The notes under the pieces were generated by a model that saw only the letters and a list, made by a program, of their open reading frames with translations, did no database searches and was not told where the DNA came from. From Francisella tularensis subsp. holarctica (GTDB lineage: Bacteria > Pseudomonadota > Gammaproteobacteria > Francisellales > CACEW01), in NCBI GenBank assembly GCA_945879065.1, contig CAMCUU010000005.1, positions 1-56,415 of the forward strand: a DNA stretch of 56,415 nucleotides, in the 5' to 3' direction. Below, in pieces: positions 14,866-24,213 of the stretch. Both the position numbers and the translations under genes were made by a program. Every line of letters begins with the position of its first letter. Positions within the stretch are counted from its first letter, which is position 1.

Positions 14866-15834
14866 ATGAAACTTGCCATTAGCTCCCCGTCTTTTTGTAA
14901 AAATAAAGTTTTAGTTAAAGAGATAAGTGATTTAAAAAATATTAAAACAATAAAATTTAATCTGGAGGGCTTAAAACTCGCTGGAGAAAATTTAATTAGT
15001 TTTCTGGAAGATTGTGATGTTTGGTTAGTTGGGACGGAATTAGTGAATGAAGAAGTTTTAACCGCTTGTCCAAATATAAAATTAATTAGCAAATATGGCG
15101 TGGGTTTAGACAATATTGATTTTGAACTTTGTGAAAAAATGGGTGTAAAAATTAACTATGCCCAGGGTGTTAATGCCCAGTCCGTGGCTGAGTTAGCCTT
15201 GGGAAATATCTTATCTCTCACTCATAACAGCTATATAAATTCCCATTTATTAAAACAGGGGATCTGGGAGAAATCAGGTGGAGTCCAGCTATTTAATAAA
15301 ACTATTGGAATTATTGGCGTCGGGCATGTGGGGAAAAAATTAATAAAATTATTACAGCCTTTTGAGTGTAAATTTTTAGTGAACGATGTTTTAGATAATA
15401 CCCAAGAGCAGCAAGATTTTTATAAAACTATTGGTGCTGAATCTTGTGAATTAAATAATTTATTGGCTGAGTCAGACATTGTTTCTATACACGCGCCTTT
15501 AAATAATTTGACTCGCAATTTAATTGCTGAGCCTGAATTAAAATTAATGAAAAAGTCCAGCTTTTTAATTAATACAGCCAGAGGGTTAATTATTAATCAG
15601 CAGGATTTAAAAAAACATTTAAAAAATAATTTAATCGCGGGAGCAGCTGTCGATGTTTATGAGTCTGAACCCTGTGAAGATCTAGAATTTTTAAGTTTGC
15701 CTAATTTACTTTGCACACCGCATATTGCTGGAAATACCTTAGAGGCTGTAGAGGCCATGGGTCGGGCGGCGATTGATGGTTTAGAGATAAGAGAAAGAGA
15801 AAAAATAAAAAATGGAATTAATAAAAAATACTGA
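14866..15834 (+). CDS. D-isomer-specific 2-hydroxyacid dehydrogenase (PGDH/GyaR-like)
   Basis: NAD-binding site GIIGVGHVGKKL. Catalytic region motifs NTARG, DVYESEP, TPHIAG. I prefer ATG 14866 to the tracked TTG at 14854. Confidence 0.8.
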   Translation: MKLAISSPSFCKNKVLVKEISDLKNIKTIKFNLEGLKLAGENLISFLEDCDVWLVGTELVNEEVLTACPNIKLISKYGVGLDNIDFELCEKMGVKINYAQGVNAQSVAELALGNILSLTHNSYINSHLLKQGIWEKSGGVQLFNKTIGIIGVGHVGKKLIKLLQPFECKFLVNDVLDNTQEQQDFYKTIGAESCELNNLLAESDIVSIHAPLNNLTRNLIAEPELKLMKKSSFLINTARGLIINQQDLKKHLKNNLIAGAAVDVYESEPCEDLEFLSLPNLLCTPHIAGNTLEAVEAMGRAAIDGLEIREREKIKNGINKKY

Positions 15835-16912
15835 AAAAATTCAAAACACTGGGAAAAAATTAAGCAAAGAGCAAAAGAAATTTAATGATTTAATTAAAAA
15901 AATAGAGCAAGAAAAAGAAAGTTTAAAAACCTGGAATCTGACCGTGCTAGCCTGCAAAGATAAATATTTTTCAGAGTTGTTTCCCCTCTTAGAAAAATAT
16001 ACAGATCAGCAAGTGGCCCTGGTATTAAAATTTGATCAGGCCTTGGCGAGATTTAAATTCAGTCGAAAAGAACAGAAATATTTGTCAGAGATGGTCTTGT
16101 CTTTGATTCGTAATATTTTAAAGACCACAAAGAATCCAGATTATTTAGATCAGATGAAGTCATTGCATGAAGAATATGAAAATACTTGTATGCAATACAG
16201 GACCAAGGCTGAGCAGAGATTTTTTCAAATGATGGAATTAGAAGCTGAAGTATTAGAAGATTTTTTTAAGGGGGGTGAGAGTAGTGAGTTTGAACATAAA
16301 TTTGAAAATTTAAAAGACGAGCCAAAACCTGCACCCAAGTCTAAAAAGCAGCTTCAGCAAGCGCAGGAAGAGTTAAACGCCAGTCGTGCGGTGAAAGATA
16401 TTTTTAGAAAATTGGCTAAAGATCTGCATCCTGATCGAGAGCAGGATCCTACTGAACGCGAGCGCAAGCATGAGCTGATGCAGCGAGCGAATGCGGCTTA
16501 TGATAAAAAAGATTTATTAGGTTTATTAGGGCTGCAGTTAGAAATAGAACAGATTCGCCCAGAGGCTATTGATTCAGTGGCAGAGGACCAGCTCAAGCAT
16601 TACAACCGGGTCTTAAAAGAGCAGTTGGAAGAGCTGGAGATGGAAGTCAATGATCTTAAATATTCTCTGCAAGAATTTGGCTTATTAGTGCAAGAGCCTC
16701 ATAGATTGAAAAATCAGGAGGCGGGGTCAGAAGTTTTATTAAAAAATCTAGATAAAGAAATTAAAGCCTTAAAAAAATCGATCAGAGAAATTAAGCAAGA
16801 TTTAGAAAGTTTTAATCAAGCTGAAAATATTAAGGCTATGTTGAAAGTTGTTGAGGCGCAGGCTTTAGAAGCGGCGCGAGACCAAGAAGATGAATTGGGG
16901 CTGGAGTGGTGA
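15812..16912 (+). CDS. Coiled-coil protein with an internal J domain (HPD motif)
   Basis: KDIFRKLAKDLHPDREQDPTERERKHELMQRANAAYDKKDLLGL is a J-domain helix II-HPD-helix III pattern. The flanks are Lys/Glu-rich coiled-coil-like sequence. The start overlaps the dehydrogenase by 23 bp. Confidence 0.65.
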   Translation: MELIKNTEKIQNTGKKLSKEQKKFNDLIKKIEQEKESLKTWNLTVLACKDKYFSELFPLLEKYTDQQVALVLKFDQALARFKFSRKEQKYLSEMVLSLIRNILKTTKNPDYLDQMKSLHEEYENTCMQYRTKAEQRFFQMMELEAEVLEDFFKGGESSEFEHKFENLKDEPKPAPKSKKQLQQAQEELNASRAVKDIFRKLAKDLHPDREQDPTERERKHELMQRANAAYDKKDLLGLLGLQLEIEQIRPEAIDSVAEDQLKHYNRVLKEQLEELEMEVNDLKYSLQEFGLLVQEPHRLKNQEAGSEVLLKNLDKEIKALKKSIREIKQDLESFNQAENIKAMLKVVEAQALEAARDQEDELGLEW

Positions 16913-16956
16913 TTTTTTGTTTGATTTTTCATGTGATTTTTCTATGTGATTTTTCA
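16910..16956 (+). repeat. Four copies of TGATTTTT(C/T) spaced 12-13 bp apart, beginning at the J-domain gene stop codon
   Basis: Copies start at 16910, 16922, 16935 and 16948. The last three are embedded in (c/t)atgtgatttttc units. Confidence 0.8.
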
Positions 16957-17047
16957 TAGCCGCCAGCTTGATCGCTCTATAAAATACGGGCCTATTTTTG
17001 GATTTTGAACTTTATATTTTTATATATTTTTCTAGGGGTTTTTACAC

Positions 17048-18706
17048 ATGACCGTTGATTTTGGCATTGGTATTAGTGATTTCGCTGAGATTATTAATAG
17101 TAAATTTACTTATCTTGATAAAAGCCTATTGATTAAAGAATTACTGGAAGATGGCAGTAAAGTTATTTTATTCCCTCGGCCAAGACGCTTCGGCAAGACT
17201 TTAAACATGACCATGCTGAGGTGTTTCTTAGATGTTAGGGATATAAAGAAAAATAAAGATTTATTTAAAGATTTAAAAGTCTCTCAATATCCAGAAATTT
17301 TAAAACATCAGGGGATTTATCCTGTTATTTATTTATCTTTGAAAGAAATCAAAAAAAATAATTATAAATCTGTATTGGCTGCAATTGGGATTTTGATTCA
17401 AAGCTTATTTACCAGTTATGAAGATCTCAAAGCAGATGTGCCTGAAGGCCAGCGCCCTTATTTCGAGCGCCTGCTTTCTGCAACGGCCTCTGAAGAAGAA
17501 TTGGTTCAAAGCTTAAAATTTCTCTCGATGATCTTAGAAAAAAAATACGATCAAAAAGTTTGGGTGTTGATAGACGAGTATGACACGCCCATTCATGCGG
17601 CCTGGGAATCTAATTATTACGACGAAATGAAATCATTCATGCAGGGTTTTTTAGGCGCTGGCTTAAAAGACAATACGGCTGTTTATAAAAGCATTTTGAC
17701 GGGCATTTTAAGAATCTCGAAAGAGGGGATGTTTTCAGATTTAAATAATGTGATGGTGTATTCAATGCTTTCAGATTTTTATGGTTCTTATTTTGGATTT
17801 ACAGAAGCTGAAGTCGACTGGATTTGTGAAGAAGCTGATGTCTCAGGCCAAAGAGAACAAGTTCGAAGCTGGTACAACGGTTACAAATTTGGGAATTTAA
17901 ATATTTATAACCCCTGGTCGATTATTAATTTTGCAAAAAATAAAAAACTAGGCCCCTACTGGGTCAATACAGGTTCAAGCCAGCTCATTGAAGATCTAAT
18001 TTCTCAAGCAGGACCCGAGCTTAAAAAAGATTTTGAAATTTTAATTCAAGGCGGCGTGATTAAAAAACCCATTGATGAAAAAATTACGCTACCCAAGATT
18101 AACGCCCATGCTGAAAATGCCATTTGGAGTTTTTTACTATTTGCAGGCTATTTAAAAATTGTCCGCATTGATCATGAGAGCGAGCTGGGAGAGTGCGAGA
18201 TTGCCTTGCCTAATATAGAAATTATGAGGGTTTATCAGCGTTATTTTTTAAACTGGTTTGAAAGTATTTATCCTGCACAAAGTAATTTGATGCTGAAGGC
18301 TTTGATTACTGGAGATATCGAAAGTTTTGAAGAGTTATTTACAGACTATGTTGCAAAATCACTCTCTTATTTCGATGTCGAAGAAGGCAAGGCTGAGAGT
18401 TTTTATCATGCTTTAGTTTTAGGCATGATTGTGGCCTTGAGAGATTCTCATCAGATTTTATCTAACAGAGAATCGGGTCTGGGAAGATATGACTTGATGA
18501 TTATTCCAAAAGATCTTTCCAAGCTGGGCGTGATTCTAGAATTTAAGTCGGTTAAAAAAGAAGAATTATTAGAAGCTGGCGCTGAGATGGCTTTGGCTCA
18601 AATTAATAATAAAAATTATGAAGCTGAGCTGGAGGCTCGGGGGATTAAAAATATTTTAAAACTGGCAATAGTTTTTTATGGGAAAAAAGTGCTGATTAAG
18701 ACGTGA
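17048..18706 (+). CDS. AAA-ATPase-like plus PD-(D/E)XK nuclease-fold protein (ATPase_9/PDDEXK_9 architecture)
   Basis: N-terminal signature FTYLDKSLLIKELL...LFPRPRRFGKTLNMTML. The C terminus GLGRYDLMIIPKD...VILEFK fits a D...ExK nuclease motif. Confidence 0.7.
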   Translation: MTVDFGIGISDFAEIINSKFTYLDKSLLIKELLEDGSKVILFPRPRRFGKTLNMTMLRCFLDVRDIKKNKDLFKDLKVSQYPEILKHQGIYPVIYLSLKEIKKNNYKSVLAAIGILIQSLFTSYEDLKADVPEGQRPYFERLLSATASEEELVQSLKFLSMILEKKYDQKVWVLIDEYDTPIHAAWESNYYDEMKSFMQGFLGAGLKDNTAVYKSILTGILRISKEGMFSDLNNVMVYSMLSDFYGSYFGFTEAEVDWICEEADVSGQREQVRSWYNGYKFGNLNIYNPWSIINFAKNKKLGPYWVNTGSSQLIEDLISQAGPELKKDFEILIQGGVIKKPIDEKITLPKINAHAENAIWSFLLFAGYLKIVRIDHESELGECEIALPNIEIMRVYQRYFLNWFESIYPAQSNLMLKALITGDIESFEELFTDYVAKSLSYFDVEEGKAESFYHALVLGMIVALRDSHQILSNRESGLGRYDLMIIPKDLSKLGVILEFKSVKKEELLEAGAEMALAQINNKNYEAELEARGIKNILKLAIVFYGKKVLIKT

Positions 18707-18775
18707 TTGCGAAAAGAGAGAAGCCCCATAAAATTGGTTTATTAATAAAACTAGCTTGATTAGATAAAAATATTT

Positions 18776-19579
18776 ATGAAAACCATTATTCTCTGCGGCG
18801 GTCAAGGTACTCGAATTCGAGATGTTTCGTCTAATTTACCCAAGCCCATGATTCCCATTGGAAATAGGCCCATTATTTGGCACATCATGAAATACTATGC
18901 GACGTATGGTCATAAAGAATTTGTTTTATGTCTGGGATATTTAGGTGATTTAATCCGCGATTTTTTTATGAACTATGAGTCTCATACGTGTGATACGAAA
19001 GTTGTTTTAGGCAAACAAAGACAGATTGAATTTATTAATCAACATGATGAATCCGACTGGGAAGTGATCTTGGCCGAGACGGGTCAAAACAGCATGACTG
19101 GCGCGCGAATTCGCAAAGTGCGAGAGTATATTGGGAATGATGAAAACTTTATGCTGACTTATGGCGATGGTGTCGGTGATATTGATTTAAATCAGCTCTT
19201 AGATTTTCACAAACAACACGGCAAAATAATGACCGTGACGGGGGTGTATCCTCCAGGTCGTTTCGGTGAAATACGGGCGGATAAAAATGGCTTGGTGAGT
19301 GTTTTTAATGAAAAACCCCAGACAACTGAAGGCTGTATTTCTGGCGGTTATTTTGTCTGTCGCAGAGAGTTATTAGATTATTTAGATAATTTTTCTGGAG
19401 TCATTAACCCAGATGACTTGGCTTTAGAGCAAGAACCCATGAGTGCTTTAGTCAGCCAGCAAGAATTAATGGTCTATCAGCATGCGGGCTTTTGGCAGCC
19501 GATGGATACACATCGAGATTATTTATTATTGAATAAATTATATGAAGCCAAACAAGCCCCTTGGGTGAAATGGGGGTGA
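18776..19579 (+). CDS. rfbF: Glucose-1-phosphate cytidylyltransferase
   Basis: N terminus MKTIILCGGQGTRIRD...LPKPMIPIGNRPIIWHIMKYYATYGHKEFVLCLGY, with the typical length of about 260 aa. Confidence 0.85.
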   Translation: MKTIILCGGQGTRIRDVSSNLPKPMIPIGNRPIIWHIMKYYATYGHKEFVLCLGYLGDLIRDFFMNYESHTCDTKVVLGKQRQIEFINQHDESDWEVILAETGQNSMTGARIRKVREYIGNDENFMLTYGDGVGDIDLNQLLDFHKQHGKIMTVTGVYPPGRFGEIRADKNGLVSVFNEKPQTTEGCISGGYFVCRRELLDYLDNFSGVINPDDLALEQEPMSALVSQQELMVYQHAGFWQPMDTHRDYLLLNKLYEAKQAPWVKWG

Positions 19580-19606
19580 AATGGGGGTGAAATGGGGGTG
19601 AAATGG
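19563..19606 (+). repeat. Four perfect tandem 11-bp units GGGTGAAATGG spanning the rfbF stop and the rfbG ribosome-binding region
   Basis: Units at 19563, 19574, 19585 and 19596. The rfbF TGA (19577-19579) lies in unit 2. The rfbG GTG start (19608) follows unit 4. Confidence 0.95.
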
Positions 19607-19607
19607 C

Positions 19608-20687
19608 GTGATTGATTCTTCTATTTTTAATACTTTTAAAAACCAAAAAATTCTAATCACTGGAGATACAGGTTTTAAAGGCGCTTGGCTGGCCTTTTGG
19701 CTGTCTGAACTGGGTGCTGAGATTATGGGCTATGCGTTGCCGCCAGAACCCCATCAGCAACTATTTAATTTATTAAAATTAAATCAGCGAATTACCCATA
19801 TTGATGGCGATGTTCGAGATTTTGATAAGTTAAATAAAGTGATAAAAGATTTTTCTCCCACTTTTATTTTTCATTTAGCGGCGCAGCCTTTAGTGCGCCT
19901 GTCTTACCAAGCGCCTAGAGAAACTTTTGCAACCAATATTTTGGGCTCTGCCAATATTTTAGAAGTCGCTCGGACTTGTGATTCTTTGCGTGTATTAATC
20001 TATGTCACCAGTGATAAATGCTATAAAAATAAAGAGCAGCGTTGTGCTTATCGAGAAGATGATATTTTGGGTGGGTATGATCCCTATAGTGCTTCAAAAG
20101 CGGCCGCTGAGATTATTTTTTCGTCGTATCTAGATAGCTTTTTTAGCCAGATGCTTAGAAAAATAGGCGTGGCTAGCGTGCGCTCTGGAAATGTCATTGG
20201 GGGCGGAGATTGGTCCGTGGATCGTATCGTGCCAGATGTGATTAAAGCCTTGCAGGAAAATTTGCCTATCTCTATCCGAAACCCTCAGGCGGTACGGCCT
20301 TGGCAGCATGTCTTGGATCCCTTGTCAGGATATTTAAAACTCGCTGCTGCTTTATACCGCGAGCCTAAGTTGTACCAGGGTTCCTGGAATTTTGGCCCGG
20401 AGTCTTCTTCTATCCAGTGCGTTGAGCAATTGGTGAATGAAATTATTACTATCTGGGGTGGGGGTGAAAAAAAGTTAATAAAACCAAGCCCAGGTCATAT
20501 TAATAAATTACACGAAGCAGATTTTTTAACGCTCAATTGCGATAAAGCTCATCAGCTATTGCAGTGGCGTCCACAGTGGGATTTTAAGACAGCCGTTCGG
20601 CAGACAGTCGAGTGGTATAAGGGTGTCTATCAGGGGGAAGACCCGGTGGAGATGACGCGGCGGCAGTTAGTTGAGTGGGCGAGATGA
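19608..20687 (+). CDS. rfbG: CDP-glucose 4,6-dehydratase
   Basis: Rossmann motif ILITGDTGFKGAWLAFWLSELGAEIMGYAL. Catalytic YSASKAAAE (YxxxK). GTG start. Confidence 0.85.
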   Translation: MIDSSIFNTFKNQKILITGDTGFKGAWLAFWLSELGAEIMGYALPPEPHQQLFNLLKLNQRITHIDGDVRDFDKLNKVIKDFSPTFIFHLAAQPLVRLSYQAPRETFATNILGSANILEVARTCDSLRVLIYVTSDKCYKNKEQRCAYREDDILGGYDPYSASKAAAEIIFSSYLDSFFSQMLRKIGVASVRSGNVIGGGDWSVDRIVPDVIKALQENLPISIRNPQAVRPWQHVLDPLSGYLKLAAALYREPKLYQGSWNFGPESSSIQCVEQLVNEIITIWGGGEKKLIKPSPGHINKLHEADFLTLNCDKAHQLLQWRPQWDFKTAVRQTVEWYKGVYQGEDPVEMTRRQLVEWAR

Positions 20688-21861
20688 TTTGATTTACTAA
20701 TTCTAGATAAGCCTGTGTTCTCGACTCTCTTTCAGACATTTTTTTTTGCAACCAAGACTTTGCATTGATCTGCTTAATAAAAGCCCGTGCTGGGTCATGC
20801 ATTAAATTAATAATTTTATTTGCAATATCTTCAGGATCCTGAGGGTTAAAGAAAGTCACTAGATCTTCCGTAAATAGCTCTTGATGCGCAGGAATCTTAG
20901 AAATCAAAGCGGGAATGCCCATGGTCATAGCTTCTAAGGGCGTGACGGAATAAGTTTCCAGAAGACTTGGAAATAACAAAGCGTCCATCTGTTGGTAAAG
21001 CGCTGGGCCTTCTTGAGGATTAGTGGGTCCATGATTTATAAAATAATTGCCCAAGTCATATTTTCTAATTTGCTTAAATAAATTTTTATATTCTTGAGTA
21101 GATTCTGTAAGAGTGAGATGAAATCGAACTTGAGAGATATTTTTTTGAAGTAAAGCGAGGAGGGTAGGAATCAAAATTTTAATATTTTTATGGGGATAGG
21201 CGCTGCAGAAAATAAATAAATTTAAGGGTTTTGCAGGGGAAGTATTAATTAATTGGGGTGCTTGATTTAAATAAGGTTTATAAAAAATAGAAACCTCGTT
21301 GGGAATAATAAGAATCTTTTCTGGGGGGAGTTTTAATTTTTTAATCGCGCCTTTTTGGGCAATGGGTGCTTCAGTGATCCAGTGAGTGGCATGTTTTAAA
21401 TGTTTTTTTAAATAAAGATTGGTGAGATGTCTTTTGATTTTTTGAAAAGGGGTTGAAAAAGCGGAGAAAGCGAGCTTGTCCGCATGGGTCGACCAGCCAT
21501 TGCAAATGCCCATGAGGTGAGGGCAGTGATTAATTTGTAAATAACAAGGGCCAAAGAGTGAGAACACTAAATCTGGATGAATGGCCTGAATTAAGTCTTC
21601 AATATGTTTTCGAGCCGATTGAGAGCGTGCTGGCGAAATAGGGAAAATATGATGTTTGAATTTTTGCAGAATAGAAGGTGAGATCTGGCTCGCCAACGTG
21701 CTTGAAAGAAAAATTGTGATGGAGTGGGGCTCTATATTTTTATGATAAAGATCAGAAAGATCATGCAAAAAAGAAATCGCCACTTGTACAGCGCCGCCTT
21801 TATGCAAAGTGCTTAAATTTAAGATCCAATGTTTTTGAGCTTGAGCTTGAGCTTGTTGCAA
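20584..21861 (-). CDS. Glycosyltransferase (GT-B, group 1-like)
   Basis: N terminus ILNLSTLHKGGAVQVA. C-terminal EX7E-like region FPSLLETYSVTPLEAMTMGIPALIS. TTG start followed by (GCTCAA)3 encoding QAQAQAQ. The last 34 codons are antisense to the rfbG 3' end. Confidence 0.7.
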   Translation of the reverse strand: MQQAQAQAQKHWILNLSTLHKGGAVQVAISFLHDLSDLYHKNIEPHSITIFLSSTLASQISPSILQKFKHHIFPISPARSQSARKHIEDLIQAIHPDLVFSLFGPCYLQINHCPHLMGICNGWSTHADKLAFSAFSTPFQKIKRHLTNLYLKKHLKHATHWITEAPIAQKGAIKKLKLPPEKILIIPNEVSIFYKPYLNQAPQLINTSPAKPLNLFIFCSAYPHKNIKILIPTLLALLQKNISQVRFHLTLTESTQEYKNLFKQIRKYDLGNYFINHGPTNPQEGPALYQQMDALLFPSLLETYSVTPLEAMTMGIPALISKIPAHQELFTEDLVTFFNPQDPEDIANKIINLMHDPARAFIKQINAKSWLQKKMSERESRTQAYLELVNQIISPTQLTAAASSPPGLPPDRHPYTTRLSAERLS

Positions 21862-21979
21862 AATTTTCGCCGGTTTTTCAGAAGAGAAATCAACATAGTT
21901 GAAGAGGTGGGTTTTTGAAGAGAGGCACTCAGTCAGTCAAATAAAAAATTAAATAACACCATTGCCCCCCCTAAGCTAG

Positions 21980-23029
<1,050 letters not shown>

Positions 23030-23031
23030 AC

Positions 23032-24213
23032 ATGGCAAATTTTATTCCCTATGGCCGGCAAGAGATCTCTCAAGAAGACTTAGAAGCGGTGAAAGAAGTC
23101 TTATGTTCAGATTGGCTCACTCAGGGCCCCGCAGTCACTGCTTTTGAGGCAGCGCTTAAAAATTATGGCCATGTGAATTATGCCGTTGCTTGCTGTAATG
23201 CGACGGCGGCTTTGCACTTAGCTTGCAAAGCTTTAGGCGTGGGACCTGGAGATTATGTCTGGACTAGCCCTAATACTTTTACAGCGTCTGCGAATTGCGC
23301 CAGGTTCTGTGGGGCAGAGATAGATTTCGTAGACATCGATCCAGACACTTATAACTTGTGTGTTTTTGAGCTCGAGAAAAAATTAATTCAAGCCCAAAAA
23401 AATAATCAATTACCCAAAGTAGTGATCCCCGTCCATTTTGCTGGTCAATCTTGCGATATGGCTACTATTAAAAAATTAGCGGATCAGTACGGCTTTAAAA
23501 TTATTGAAGATGCGAGTCACGCGATTGGCGGGAAATATTTAGGCCAGCCAATAGGTAGTTGTAGCTATTCAGATATTACGGTGTTTAGTTTTCATCCCGT
23601 CAAAATTATTACGACAGGAGAAGGCGGCGCTTGTCTCACTAATAATGGGCAACTGGCTGAGACGATGAGCTTGTTAAGAGCTCATGGGATTACCAGAGAT
23701 CCCGCCAAAATGCTAAATCCTTGCGAAGGTGCTTGGTATTACGAGCAAGTAGATTTGGGTTTTAATTATCGCATTACTGATATGCAATGCGCCCTGGGCG
23801 TATCTCAAATAAAGCGCCTGAATAGTTATATTGATAAGCGCAATGAGATCGCCGAGCAGTATCAAAAATTATTAAAAGATCTGCCCCTAAAATTACCAAT
23901 GGTTAAAAAAGATGGCCTCAATGCTTTTCATCTCTATGTCGTTCAAATTCTTCCAGAGTCTGGAAAAAATAGAAAAGAAATTTTTGATTATTTGCGAGCC
24001 AATCAAATTGGCGTCAATGTTCATTATATTCCAGTACATCGGCAGCCTTATTATGAAAATCTAGGGTTTAAAAAAGGCGACTTTCCCGTCGCTGAAAAAT
24101 ACTATGAGAATGCTATCTCTTTACCCATGTATCCAGGTTTGACCCAAGAAGATTTAGCTCGAGTCGCGAGTTTATTAGAAATGGTTTTTACACCTGAGAC
24201 TGTTGCGTTATGA
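23032..24213 (+). CDS. pseC: UDP-4-amino-4,6-dideoxy-N-acetyl-beta-L-altrosamine transaminase
   Basis: IPYGRQEISQEDLEAVKEVLCSDWLTQGPAV. DegT-family PLP-lysine region SFHPVKIITTGEGG. Confidence 0.85.
   Translation: MANFIPYGRQEISQEDLEAVKEVLCSDWLTQGPAVTAFEAALKNYGHVNYAVACCNATAALHLACKALGVGPGDYVWTSPNTFTASANCARFCGAEIDFVDIDPDTYNLCVFELEKKLIQAQKNNQLPKVVIPVHFAGQSCDMATIKKLADQYGFKIIEDASHAIGGKYLGQPIGSCSYSDITVFSFHPVKIITTGEGGACLTNNGQLAETMSLLRAHGITRDPAKMLNPCEGAWYYEQVDLGFNYRITDMQCALGVSQIKRLNSYIDKRNEIAEQYQKLLKDLPLKLPMVKKDGLNAFHLYVVQILPESGKNRKEIFDYLRANQIGVNVHYIPVHRQPYYENLGFKKGDFPVAEKYYENAISLPMYPGLTQEDLARVASLLEMVFTPETVAL

Noticed and set aside
14844-15113. Minus-strand ORF over the dehydrogenase start
   Set aside because: It is an antisense, AT-rich, low-complexity translation.
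19563-19606. The 11-bp array as a frameshifting phase switch for rfbF or rfbG
   Set aside because: rfbF already terminates in unit 2 and rfbG starts after the array. Copy-number change therefore cannot shift either frame, and only spacing or coupling effects remain plausible.
19452-19646. Minus-strand ORF spanning the 11-bp tandem array
   Set aside because: It is a translation of the repeat (HPHFTPISP periodicity) and of the antisense ends of rfbF and rfbG.
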